From the NCBI GenBank assembly GCA_965205615.1, contig CBDBHK010000010.1, positions 16,088 through 80,087 of the forward strand: a DNA stretch of 64,000 bases, given 5' to 3'. Positions 28,977 to 40,325 of this stretch are shown piece after piece. This DNA comes from Acidobacteriota bacterium (GTDB lineage Bacteria; Acidobacteriota; UBA6911; RPQK01; CBDAPI01). Below the pieces are notes generated by a model that was given only the letters and a program-made list of their open reading frames with translations, ran no database searches and was not told the origin of the DNA. Position numbers and translations under genes: made by a program. How positions within the stretch are numbered: the stretch's first letter is position 1; each line of letters starts with the position of its first letter.

Positions 28977-29489
28977 GTGGGAGACAAGGGCGTCCCAACG
29001 CAGCAGGCCCCGGCACCGTCGGAGCCGGTCAACCCCCTGCGAAAACACTTCGACGATATTGAGGTCGGCGACCACTACACGACTCACGGCCGCACGGTTA
29101 CCGAAGCCGATGTGGTCAACTTCGCCTGCCTGACCGGGGATTTCTATTATCTGCACGTCGACCGGGAAGCCGCCCGTAAGTCTCCATACGGCCGTAGAAT
29201 CGCCCACGGTTTCCTGGTTCTTTCTCTCGCCACCGGTCTGATGGTGACCAGCCGGCCGGGACCGGTGGTGGCCAACTACGGATGTGACCGGCTGCGGTTC
29301 CTTCGGCCTGTGTTTCTGGGGGACACACTGCACGCCCGGCTGAAGTGCCTCAAGACGCAAGCTCGAGCAAAACCCATAAAGGGTCGCCCGGTGGGAGTCG
29401 TCGATTGGAAAGTCGAAGCAGTCAACCAGGATGGCAAGCTGGTGGCCAGCTGGATTTTCAAGACCCTGGTTCTGCGCTCCCCGGGCTGA
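28977..29489 (+). CDS. MaoC-like (R)-specific enoyl-CoA hydratase / hot-dog fold dehydratase
   Basis: DFYYLHVD...RIAHGFL hot-dog motif. Confidence 0.7.
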   Translation: MGDKGVPTQQAPAPSEPVNPLRKHFDDIEVGDHYTTHGRTVTEADVVNFACLTGDFYYLHVDREAARKSPYGRRIAHGFLVLSLATGLMVTSRPGPVVANYGCDRLRFLRPVFLGDTLHARLKCLKTQARAKPIKGRPVGVVDWKVEAVNQDGKLVASWIFKTLVLRSPG

Positions 29490-29663
29490 AAGGGAGGCCT
29501 GCAGAGGCGAGCACGCCAGTAAGCCCGCGTTGGCTCCTCCCGACGCGCTTGTTATCACGCGCGCTACTGTTGGATCGACCTTCGGATTACAACAGATTTC
29601 AACTAAAACAATCAGTGATTTATTGCGATCCACGTCACAATGCGTGTCATCGAAAGGGCCTAG

Positions 29664-31315
29664 CCCGGATTATGCAAGAACCGTAGTTCGGTGTTGAAAA
29701 ACGACTCGAGAAGTGGCCCAACTCGGAAGCGGGCAGGTGTGACAGGCGGATTTGCGAAGGATATGGGTTGGCGAGGCGTTTGAGTGGTTTGGGGAGTGAA
29801 TTTCAGACAGATCTGGGCCTGGATGAGTGTCGGAAGCGGTTTTTCGGGGGAGCTGGGAAAAGCTAACTGGAGTTCAGGCGACTCAAGACGAGGTGGAAGA
29901 GGGGTTGTTCGGGAAAGGCTGAGGAAAGATGGACCCAGATGCGTCGAGTGGTTTGTCGGATCCGGGCCCCAATCTTGAGGACCCGACGACGTAAGGTTTC
30001 GATTTCGAGCTTGTGCCAGGGGGTTCCGTGAAGATAGTCGCGCAGGCGAACGAACATCTGGTAAGCCAGTGCATGCAGGAGGAGTCGAAACTGATTGGCC
30101 AGGAATCGATGACAGCTGAGTCGGTCCATGCTCAGATGATTCTTGAAGGCCTTGATGAAGTTCTCGGTCTGCCCTCGGTTTGTGTAGTGGTCATAAAGTG
30201 ATTGGGAGCAGAGATCGTCCCGGTTGGTAACTACAAAGCGACGATTGATCCCACGCTGATCGACCTCCACTTTGACAATGACGCGACGGGATCGATCCCA
30301 GCTGTGGGCTCGATAAAGAAACTCGTCAAACTGACGCTGTTTTTCCTCCAGCTCAAGGAACCTTTCCCGAGTCGAATCCAGCAGGGGCTCGACCACTCGC
30401 TGCAGGCGAGGGTTTCGGCTTAACCCGATGACATATTGGAGTTTATTCTCTTCACATTCACAGAACTCGTAGAGCCGAGGCGTGGCAAAGCCGCTGTCGG
30501 CCCGAATCTCAATCTCGACATCCGTCCCCACTGCTTGTCGGATGGCCTCCACGACTCGCTTCAGAATGGGCACGATGTGAGAGGCAGCCCCCTTGTTGCC
30601 AGGTCTCAACACGGCACAGACCAGGTCTCCCGTGTCGGCATCGAAGATCAGCAAAGGATGCAAAATGTGGTTTCGGTAATACCCGTGGTAGAAGGAGAAC
30701 TCCTGTTGGCCGTGAGTGTGGTCGTCGGTACTGTCCAGATCCAGGATGATCTTGCTGGGACGTCTCTTCTTCAGGGAGCGCACATAACGGCCTAGCAGCC
30801 ACCGGCTCAGACGCATCAGATCCTTCTTGGTGACGGAGTTCTCCAGGCGGGAGAAAGTCGGCTGGGTGGCCAAATCGGGATCGCTCTCTGGCAACTGATC
30901 ACAGACTGTCTTGAGCATCGGATCCGAGCGCAGCGTATCGGCGTCGTTACAGTCTTCGTAGCCGGCCACGATCTGCAAGACTCGTTGTCGGATCAACTTC
31001 AACAGGTCATGACGAATGTAGCGTTGGTCTCGACTTTCCGAAATACAGGAACTGAAGCCCTCGCACAATCGATGTTGACGATCCAGCGATCCAAACAACA
31101 ACCATCCTGCGTCGGAAGTGAGGCTCCCCCCATCAAAACGAGCCGTGATGTTTCTGTGGCTATGAAATGGCAGGGTATTCTGGCAGACTGTTTTTGACAT
31201 TGCCGTAGCTCCTGTTTAGGGTCTTTGTTTCTCTAAACCCTTTTATATCAGAGAGCTACGGCCTTTTTTCTGGGCCCACATCTCACTCGGATTCAGATCT
31301 CTTGCATAATCCGGG
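29664..31315 (-). mobile_element. IS1380-family insertion sequence, copy 1 (IS-A), flanked by 4-bp CTAG direct repeats
   Basis: Terminal inverted repeats cccggattatgcaaga / tcttgcataatccggg. ctag at 29660-29663 and 31316-31319. One of three near-identical copies. Confidence 0.85.
29863..31200 (-). CDS. IS1380-family DDE transposase (IS-A copy 1)
   Basis: 445 aa. Motifs RFDGGSLTSDAGWLLF, DLDSTDD..HG, RFVVTNRD, YTNRGQTENFIKAFKNHL parallel ISEcp1/IS1380 transposases. AGGAG RBS. Confidence 0.85.
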   Translation of the reverse strand: MSKTVCQNTLPFHSHRNITARFDGGSLTSDAGWLLFGSLDRQHRLCEGFSSCISESRDQRYIRHDLLKLIRQRVLQIVAGYEDCNDADTLRSDPMLKTVCDQLPESDPDLATQPTFSRLENSVTKKDLMRLSRWLLGRYVRSLKKRRPSKIILDLDSTDDHTHGQQEFSFYHGYYRNHILHPLLIFDADTGDLVCAVLRPGNKGAASHIVPILKRVVEAIRQAVGTDVEIEIRADSGFATPRLYEFCECEENKLQYVIGLSRNPRLQRVVEPLLDSTRERFLELEEKQRQFDEFLYRAHSWDRSRRVIVKVEVDQRGINRRFVVTNRDDLCSQSLYDHYTNRGQTENFIKAFKNHLSMDRLSCHRFLANQFRLLLHALAYQMFVRLRDYLHGTPWHKLEIETLRRRVLKIGARIRQTTRRIWVHLSSAFPEQPLFHLVLSRLNSS

Positions 31316-31331
31316 CTAGAATTGACCAACT

Positions 31332-31952
31332 ATGCGACATTGTCCGAACTGCAGCAGCTTGATCCAGGACGCGTCGATTTTCTGCAGGTTCTGTGATCAC
31401 GACGTTGCCCCAGCAACCGAGAGTTCAGATAAATGGACCGAATTCGGTAAGAAGTACCGGAGTCTCTCCCCGGCAGAGCGCACGACCGTCTGGGACCAAC
31501 TCAGTCCCGACGACCGGAACTACGTGCGAAAGGTCCTGGGCATTCCCAGCCCCGCCCCGGTTCGGGCAACGCCTCAGTTGAGCCCCGCCCCTGCTGCCAG
31601 CGCGGCCACGGGGAGGTCCCTCAAATTTGGACTTTTTCTGACAGTCAGTCTCACGCTGTCGCTAGCGGCACGTTTCTTTATTCTCAACCTGGTCGGAACT
31701 CCGGCGGGCGCCTCGAATAATGATGCGGCAGTCTTTCCATCATTCTCCCAGCAGGTCGACAAGGTGATTTTCGACTTTTACGAGACGACCAGGGGCCTGT
31801 GGGCGGATTTCGGTCAAAGCGCGAGCGAATCGGTTGCAACGGCCGCGGATAATGTGGTTTCGGGCCTCGAGCAGGAACCTTCCACCTCGGACCTGACGAC
31901 GATCTCGCTGGCTCCCGTCCCGGGTAGCTCGTCGGCCACGCCGCATCGCTAG
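31332..31952 (+). CDS. zinc-ribbon membrane protein, paralog 1 (uncharacterised family)
   Basis: N-terminal CPNCSSLI...CRFC zinc ribbon. Conserved W.EF...YR.L...R..VW..L....R.Y..K.LG block, one TM, Ala/Ser/Pro-rich tail. Confidence 0.55.
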   Translation: MRHCPNCSSLIQDASIFCRFCDHDVAPATESSDKWTEFGKKYRSLSPAERTTVWDQLSPDDRNYVRKVLGIPSPAPVRATPQLSPAPAASAATGRSLKFGLFLTVSLTLSLAARFFILNLVGTPAGASNNDAAVFPSFSQQVDKVIFDFYETTRGLWADFGQSASESVATAADNVVSGLEQEPSTSDLTTISLAPVPGSSSATPHR

Positions 31953-32277
31953 ACTTCGGCCTTCTCCAGCAGCCCGTGCCCGCTACCCTTCAGGAAGACG
32001 CCGGAATTGTTAAGACGTTATCCGGTTTACGAAAAAGGGTACTTGGGTGTAAAATGTCTGTCCATTAGGGGAGGCGGGCCAAAGATTTGAACGGTGCCTC
32101 ATCTTTTTCTAAGCCCGTTTTAAAATTGAGTAGTCGTCCTGCCGCCCTTCGGGTCCTGTGGAGATTAGGGTAATAGAGTCTGGCGGAAACTGAGAACCGG
32201 ATCTTCTTCTTTCCATCTGGCGCGTGAGACAGGGATCACAAGCCGGGGACCCCTCGACATCATAGGATGGTCGTATC

Positions 32278-32856
32278 ATGAGAGGTTGTCCATATTGCAG
32301 CCAGCTAATCCATGACGCAGCAGTCGTTTGTCGATTCTGCAGGGAGTCTGTGCCCCAGGTTCTCTCGGTTGAACCGGAGTGGGAGGACTTCACTTCCAGG
32401 TTCTACCGGGTCTCCGACGGAAAACGCTGGGATTTGTGGAACACTCTGCCGGCGGAAAAAAGGACCTATGCCCAAAAGATCCTCGGCATGGCCCCCCCCG
32501 ACCGGGTAGCTCCAACGTATACGGGAGGCGAAGTAGTCAAAGCCACGCCGGCTCAGACACCGGTCGACGTGGTCGGCTCGCAGCTGCGGCGTCTGTTGAC
32601 AGGGTATCTCCTCCTGAGCGTGATGACGCTTGCTTTCGCCGCTTGCGTCATGGTCTTTCAGGTCGTCGAGGTACCGAGCCTCGCGTCTCAGAAACTCCTC
32701 CTCTCGGCGCCGGGAATTTCGGGCGACCTCGACCAGGGACTGGCCATGGCAGTCGAGAAACTGACGGGCTCAGGCCGGGGCGTGGGCGATGCCGCGATGA
32801 AATCCTTTTCCAGGAGTTCTTCCGCGCTTCAGAAGAACACCAGCACGAAACCCTAG
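32278..32856 (+). CDS. zinc-ribbon membrane protein, paralog 2
   Basis: MRGCPYCSQLIHDAAVVCRFC plus the same conserved block (WEDFTSRFYRVSDGKRWDLWNTLPAEKRTYAQKILG) and one TM. Same architecture as 31332-31952. Confidence 0.55.
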   Translation: MRGCPYCSQLIHDAAVVCRFCRESVPQVLSVEPEWEDFTSRFYRVSDGKRWDLWNTLPAEKRTYAQKILGMAPPDRVAPTYTGGEVVKATPAQTPVDVVGSQLRRLLTGYLLLSVMTLAFAACVMVFQVVEVPSLASQKLLLSAPGISGDLDQGLAMAVEKLTGSGRGVGDAAMKSFSRSSSALQKNTSTKP

Positions 32857-32909
32857 TAAGGGCGATCCCTGGTGGTCGCCCATCAAGCGGGCCGGCACCA
32901 GACCGGCCC

Positions 32910-33920
32910 CTACGCCGTCTCCTCATTCGCCTTGCCGGGAAAGTCCGGATTACGGAGGAGTTCTCCGAGCATCGCGAGATCTACGTTGCCTCCACTCAAA
33001 AGGCAGGCCACTGGAGCCCCCGGCCGAAGTATCACCTTTCCGCCAAGCAGGGCTGCTACGCTTGAAGCCGCCGCCGGTTCCGCCAGGACCTTGCAGCGCG
33101 CCAGGAGCAGCTTCATCGCGATGGCAATCAACCGGTCGGAAACGGTGACCACCTCGTCAACGAGGGCCTGCACGTGGTGCAGATTCTTGACACCGACAAA
33201 GGGAGCCGCCAGACCATCGGCGATCGTATCCATTCGATCGAGATGAACCGGTTCTCCCTTCTGGAGGCTCCTGGTCATGGTCGGGGCTCCCTCGGGTTCC
33301 ACACCGATCAGCCGGATTCCCGGGTCCCTGCCCTTGACGGCTGCCGCGACTCCCGAGATAAGGCCTCCGCCTCCGATTCCTACGATCACGGCCTCTACCT
33401 CGGGTAAATCTTCCAGGATCTCGAGGCCAACCGTTCCATGTCCGGCGATGATGAACTCGTCATCGAACGGATGAACCAGGGTCAGCCCCCGATCGTCGCG
33501 CAGCTGAAGGCAAGTCTCCAAAAGGTTCCCGGAAGTGAGGACGACGCTGGCACCGTAAGCTCGGGCAGCATCGACCTTGCTGCTCACGCTGCTCTCGGGC
33601 ATCACCACAGTGGAGGCAATTCCGCGAGAGGATGCGGCCCAGGCCAGGGCTTGCGCATGATTGCCGGCAGACAGCGAGATGACGCCTTTTTCCCGGGCCT
33701 CGACATCGAGGTGAGACAGCCGGTTGAGGCCGCCACGGGTCTTGAAAGAACCCGTCTTCTGAAACATCTCCAGCTTCAGGTGGACTTCCAGCCCGGTTTG
33801 CCTGCTCAGAGTTTGCGATCCAACCAGCGGCGACCGATGCAGAGCAGACTCGATGACGCTGCGTGCTGCCAGGATGTCCTCGAGATGCACCAGTTCGGCA
33901 CCAGTGCTCGGGGAATTCAT
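32910..33920 (-). CDS. threonine/serine dehydratase family PLP enzyme (catabolic type, no ACT domain)
   Basis: PLP-lysine motif SFKTRGG and glycine-rich loop GGGGLISG of fold-type II PLP enzymes. Confidence 0.75.
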   Translation of the reverse strand: MNSPSTGAELVHLEDILAARSVIESALHRSPLVGSQTLSRQTGLEVHLKLEMFQKTGSFKTRGGLNRLSHLDVEAREKGVISLSAGNHAQALAWAASSRGIASTVVMPESSVSSKVDAARAYGASVVLTSGNLLETCLQLRDDRGLTLVHPFDDEFIIAGHGTVGLEILEDLPEVEAVIVGIGGGGLISGVAAAVKGRDPGIRLIGVEPEGAPTMTRSLQKGEPVHLDRMDTIADGLAAPFVGVKNLHHVQALVDEVVTVSDRLIAIAMKLLLARCKVLAEPAAASSVAALLGGKVILRPGAPVACLLSGGNVDLAMLGELLRNPDFPGKANEETA

Positions 33921-33960
33921 GAGGAGCCGCAGTATAGCACGAGCCCGCTCCTGTTCCTTC

Positions 33961-35416
33961 TCAGACCGAGACGGGCTCTGGAGCCTCTTCGATTCGTTCG
34001 ATTGTGAATCCAGTCACACCGTAGATCGCGGAGATCACCGGGTTCATCAGGTTGAAAAAGCAGAAAGGCAGGTAGGCAAGGGTCGCCACGGACAGCGTCT
34101 GTGCCATGAACGCCCCACACGTGTTCCAGGGCACCAGGGGCGAGGTCAGAGTCCCGGCGTCTTCCAGGCATCGAGACAGATTCTTGGCCTGCAGGCCGCG
34201 CCTCTCAAACTCGGCGCGGTACATTCGTCCCGGAACCACGATCGAAATGTACTGATCCGAGGCGATGACGTTCATTCCGATGCAGGTCGCCAGCGTAGAA
34301 AGAATCAGAGAGCCGGTGCTGTGGGCCCGGGAGAGGATTCTCCGGGCAATGACCTGCAGCATACCGGTTTTTTCCATGACGCCCCCGAAGACCATTGCCG
34401 ACAGAATGAGCCAGATTGTGTCCAGCATGCTCTGCATGCCTCCCCTGGTCAGCAGTTCGTCAATCCGGGCGTTACCCGTGGAGGAGACATAACCCGCAAA
34501 GAGGGCCGTCCAGAGCCCCTTCAGCAAAGCCACCGTGCTTCCGAGCTCGGGCTGATTCACAAACTGAAGCACGGCTCGCTGTTGAAAAAGGCATGCAAAC
34601 ACTCCTCCCAGCAGTGCCCCGATGAGAAGGGCTGGAAGTGCCGGCATTTTGCGCATGACCAGCAAGAGAACCATCGCCGGCGGAATCAGCAGGTGCCAGC
34701 CGATATCAAACGAGGAAGCGAGAACCGCCAAGAACTCTTCGAGGCCCGGGCCGCTTCCTCGGGCGTCCACACCCAGCCCCAGGATGGTGAAGAGTACAAG
34801 GGAGAGGCACATCGCTGGTACGGTGGTCCACAACATGTGACGGATATGCGCGAAAAGGTCCGTGCCTGCAACCGCAGGCGCCAGGTTGGTCGTGTCTGAC
34901 AACGGCGATAGCTTATCCCCGAAGTAGGCTCCCGAGATGACCGCACCGGCCGCTGCAGGCAGGCTCAGCTCCAGGGCCCCGGCGATTCCGACCAGCGCGA
35001 TGCCAATCGTGCTGACGGTGGTCCAGGAACTCCCGGTCGTGAGGGAGACGAGAGCGCTCATCGCACAGGCGGCGGCGAAGAAGAAGGAGGGACTCATCAA
35101 CTGCAGGCCCCAGTAAATGAGAGCAGGAACAATTCCCGAGAGAATCCAGGTTCCAATCAACGCCCCCACGACGAGAAGGATCAGGATAGCTCCCGAGGCC
35201 AGGGAGATTCCCTTGACCATGCCTTCTTCCAATTCCTTCCAGGAATATCCGTTTCGGATCCCGACCACGACCGCCACTGCGGAGGCCAGGGTCAAAGCGA
35301 TCTGGTTGGGCCCATAAGAGGCGTCGTCACCAAACAAATAGACCGCTGAGGACAGCAGAATAATCAGAAGGAAGACGGGCAAGAGGGCTTCGGCGAGCCC
35401 CGGCCGCGTGGGCCGA

Positions 35417-35430
<14 letters not shown>
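33961..35430 (-). CDS. Na+/H+ antiporter NhaC family transporter
   Basis: 489 aa, ~12 TM. NhaC-type motifs ([16 protein letters not shown]..., [12 protein letters not shown]). Confidence 0.75.
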
Positions 35431-36649
<1,219 letters not shown>

Positions 36650-36690
36650 GCGATTATTCTACCCCGAAAGCCCTGCGATCCAAGGCGGCC

Positions 36691-36748
36691 GGGTGAAGGT
36701 TGAAAGTTGAAGGTTGAAAGTCGAAGGTTAAGGGTTGAAGGGTTGAAT
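36691..36748. repeat. short tandem repeat (GGTTGAA(A/G) units, ~7 copies) in divergent promoter region
   Basis: gggtgaaggttgaaagttgaaggttgaaagtcgaaggttaagggttgaagggttgaa. Confidence 0.7.
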
Positions 36749-36814
36749 ATGAGAGCCGGCAAAGGTACGGTGCAAGCACGTTGAAACGCCTGGCTAAGGA
36801 ACGTTGAGAAAGAA

Positions 36815-38200
36815 ATGGACGAACAAAGGGAAATGAAGAACCCGGAGTCGGAAACGAAAAACAAGGAAGAGGTCCTGGCGGAACTGTTCGAGAGTTCAAA
36901 TCCGAAGGCTTTTGCCAAACGATTCAAAGCCGCGGAGGAGGATTGGAAGGAACCAGCGAAATTCATCCAGCAGGTAGCCTCCAGCATTCCTTTGAAGCTT
37001 TATGAGAGATTTTACGACGACTTCGTTCCCCACGGCTTCTTTGGACTCTCCTGTGCTGCGTCGACTCTGCACCTGTTTCCCGAGGAGCGCCGCTGGTGGC
37101 CCTGTGTCCAGCAGGCGTGGTTCATCGCCCGCGCGCGCCGACGAAGAGCCTGGGACGGAGCCCCTGCAGACATCGTAGCCCCTGCTTCTGAAGAGGAGGG
37201 ATGGAGTCAGTTCCAGACGGCCTCGTCGAGTCGTGACTTCAAGCGTTGCTTCGCTCTGCTGCGGGGATTCCTGGAGGATCCGTCGCAGCGCGATTTTTTT
37301 CGAACCCAGAGCCTGACCCGGGCCCTCCTGGACACGGCTCACGGCGGGTTGAAGTTCATTCAGCTGGCAAAGGCCTGGGAGATGGCCGAGATTCAGGACT
37401 GGAACGAGGCCCATCAGATCCTTTTTCCGGCCTTTCATTTCATGGTCCTGGGGCCGTGCCGGGACGAACTGGCAACCCGGGTGGCGGCGGCCGGACAGCT
37501 CGAGATCCCCGACCCGGAGAAAGACCCGGTCTCCAGGGCAGACCTGCAGAGATTGGAAAATGTGATTCTCTGTTCCGACGATTCGAGGGCTTCCCTGGAC
37601 GCTCTGGCCCGTCTTGCCGGCCAGGGGCATGGCTTTGCTTCTATTCACGAGGCTCTTCTTCTGGTCGCTGCCCAGGCGCTCAACAATGCCCAGATGGGTC
37701 GCTGGCTCCCTCCTTTGAGGGCCTTTCTCTACACGGATGCCTGCCTTGTCTGGGCCCAGGGGGTTCCGGCCGGGGAAAAAGGCCGGGGACTGGCGCTGGC
37801 CGCCCTGCTGATCCAGCAGGCCTCCGGCCGAAGTCGGGAGAGCCGTGAGAGCCGGGTCGTCGTGGAACCGGTGGAGAGCGTGTGCCCGACAAATCCTTTC
37901 GTCACCCTGCGCAGCCTGGTCAGCCACAGTGACCCTTACGCTTCAGCGAATACGGTCCGGGCGATTCTGGGAATGGGAGCGGAGGCCTGCGGCGAGCTGA
38001 CACAGACCCTGGCTACGCTGGCTGCCAAAAACGATGCCCGGGTTGGTCAGGGCTATGACCTGCTCCTTGTACAGGCCTGTTCTGCAGCCTATGAGAGATC
38101 CAGCTCGGAGATGCGGGACTGGTTTCTGGTGTGCTGCGGTTTCTTCCTGGGCCGGATACTGAAAAACTATGAGCTCTTCGGAGCCTATGGAGTGAAGTAG
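36815..38200 (+). CDS. hypothetical protein (461 aa, no recognised domain)
   Basis: Long ORF with coding periodicity, acidic N-terminus. No motif identified. Confidence 0.5.
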   Translation: MDEQREMKNPESETKNKEEVLAELFESSNPKAFAKRFKAAEEDWKEPAKFIQQVASSIPLKLYERFYDDFVPHGFFGLSCAASTLHLFPEERRWWPCVQQAWFIARARRRRAWDGAPADIVAPASEEEGWSQFQTASSSRDFKRCFALLRGFLEDPSQRDFFRTQSLTRALLDTAHGGLKFIQLAKAWEMAEIQDWNEAHQILFPAFHFMVLGPCRDELATRVAAAGQLEIPDPEKDPVSRADLQRLENVILCSDDSRASLDALARLAGQGHGFASIHEALLLVAAQALNNAQMGRWLPPLRAFLYTDACLVWAQGVPAGEKGRGLALAALLIQQASGRSRESRESRVVVEPVESVCPTNPFVTLRSLVSHSDPYASANTVRAILGMGAEACGELTQTLATLAAKNDARVGQGYDLLLVQACSAAYERSSSEMRDWFLVCCGFFLGRILKNYELFGAYGVK

Positions 38201-38212
38201 GGCAAGCCCGTA

Positions 38213-38845
38213 TCACTTCGATTCAGCTTTTTTCCGGCTTTCTTTCCACCGCCAGGGTGGTATCGGATCCGGAAGTGACCAGATCCCGATCTGTTTCGTC
38301 CGGGCCTGCTTTTCTGCCGCTGCCAGCCCGGGATCGCCCGAGAACCGTTGGTAGTGCCAGGCCAGCCCGGCCCTGAGCAGTTCCAGCGAGACGTCTTTGC
38401 CGTCAACCTCGACCCGGGCCACGATACGACCATTTTGGTCTTTCTGAACGGAAAGGAGCCGGGCGTCATCTCCGGAAGACGGGTCCGCTTCGACGTCTCG
38501 GGGCTGGTTGGGGACCCCACTCCCTCTCTTGGGGAGGATCAGGACTTCATTTCCATGGACCAGACTCGCCGTGAACTCTTTTGCCTGGTCGGCGAAGTCC
38601 TGTCCAGGCTCAGGTGTCTGGACTCCTTCCAGACGAACCCGCATCCGCTCGCCACCCACGCGAATGGCAATGATGCTTCCGCTGGGGACACGGACGCAGG
38701 TGGCCATAAAGCCGGCGGGACCGGCGCAGGTCGTAAGGTAGAGGAGAGACAGCAGGCAGATGGCTGCCAGTCCGTGTTCTCGATCGGCTGCTTCCCCGGC
38801 AAGGGCCTTGAGTCTTTGCATCTGACTTCCCTTCAGCATCTCCAA
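38213..38845 (-). CDS. thermonuclease (SNase/micrococcal nuclease family) lipoprotein
   Basis: Lipobox LLYLTTC. SNase core GSIIAIRVGG..VRLEGVQTPE ... LLRAGLAWHY...AEKQARTKQIGIWS. Confidence 0.7.
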   Translation of the reverse strand: MEMLKGSQMQRLKALAGEAADREHGLAAICLLSLLYLTTCAGPAGFMATCVRVPSGSIIAIRVGGERMRVRLEGVQTPEPGQDFADQAKEFTASLVHGNEVLILPKRGSGVPNQPRDVEADPSSGDDARLLSVQKDQNGRIVARVEVDGKDVSLELLRAGLAWHYQRFSGDPGLAAAEKQARTKQIGIWSLPDPIPPWRWKESRKKAESK

Positions 38846-38886
38846 AAAACGAGACTAGCACTTTGTGGTGAAAACTCCACGGCTGA

Positions 38887-39849
38887 CTAAGCTCGAGGCC
38901 CAGCTTCCCAGTACTGGACACTGAAATAACGCCTGGCGTCATACCACGTCCGGCGTGGCGCAAAGCCTCCCTGTGCAGCCAGCCCGGAGGCCCTCTCCTC
39001 GGTGTACTTGCGGCAGCTTTCCGTGTGAATCATCTCGCCCTTCAAGACCTTGAACACACTCCCCTCAACCAGGATCGTCTGGTCACAACTTGAACGGAGA
39101 AACATCTCGATCTTGGCTCCGGCTTGGTCGTAGCGGATGACGTGAGAGAAGTTGGCTGGAACCACCTCGGCACCAAGCTGGCGACGCATCCGCTCCAGCA
39201 GATTCAGGTTGAACCTCGCTGTTATGCCAGCCTCATCGTCGTAGGCCGCCTCCAGAATAGCAGCATCCTTGGCCAGATCCATTCCAATCAAGAGTGCTCC
39301 CTCGTGGCTAACGACATTCCGAACGCTCTTCAGAAAAGATCCAGCCTCAGCGTCGTTCATATTACCGATAGTGGACCCGGGGGAATACGCGATCGTACGT
39401 CTGAAAGAGGAAGACGATTCCGGCACAGGGAAGGCCGCGGAGTAGTCTGCCGCCACGGGCACGACCTCGATGCCGGGGTACTCCGCAGCCAATTGGGAGG
39501 AAGCGGCCAGCAGGTGATTGTGCGAAATGTCCACCGGGACGTAGACGGAGGGTTCGTCCAGCGCGTCCAGGAGGATTCGAGTCTTTGCACTGTTCCCGCT
39601 CCCGAACTCGATGAGCCTGATCCGGGGTCCCATGCAGGCGGCCATCTCTGCGGCGAAGTGCTCCATGATCTCCGCCTCCGCCCGGGTCAGGTAGTATTCC
39701 GGGAGCTGGCAGATCTGCTCGAACAGCTTCGAACCCGGGGTGTCGTAGAAATATTTGCAGGGAATTCGTTTCGGGGTAGCAGCGAGTCCGCTCAATACGT
39801 CCTGCAGAAATTGATCGCGGGTGGCCTGAACTGATTGCATGACGGCCAA
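38887..39849 (-). CDS. egtD: L-histidine N-alpha-methyltransferase EgtD (ergothioneine biosynthesis)
   Basis: Signature KYFYDTPGSKLFEQICQLPEYYLTRAE, SAM-binding EFGSGNSAKT. 320 aa. Confidence 0.8.
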   Translation of the reverse strand: MAVMQSVQATRDQFLQDVLSGLAATPKRIPCKYFYDTPGSKLFEQICQLPEYYLTRAEAEIMEHFAAEMAACMGPRIRLIEFGSGNSAKTRILLDALDEPSVYVPVDISHNHLLAASSQLAAEYPGIEVVPVAADYSAAFPVPESSSSFRRTIAYSPGSTIGNMNDAEAGSFLKSVRNVVSHEGALLIGMDLAKDAAILEAAYDDEAGITARFNLNLLERMRRQLGAEVVPANFSHVIRYDQAGAKIEMFLRSSCDQTILVEGSVFKVLKGEMIHTESCRKYTEERASGLAAQGGFAPRRTWYDARRYFSVQYWEAGPRA

Positions 39850-39858
39850 ACCCCCCGG

Positions 39859-40119
<261 letters not shown>

Positions 40120-40325
40120 GATCTTCTCCTTCTTCAGTGCACGCCCTTGACATGAAGCGTCACTTATCTCGAGCAGAATAACGCAAACCGTGGATGCAAG
40201 GTCAACAATGAGCGAGAGTCCTCCGGGCGGTCACGCGGTTCAGGAGCGTCACAAGAATCTCGCCTGGACAAAGAGTACTGTTGTCACAGGAATGTTATTC
40301 GCAAAAGGGTATTGGGGAGAAAGTC

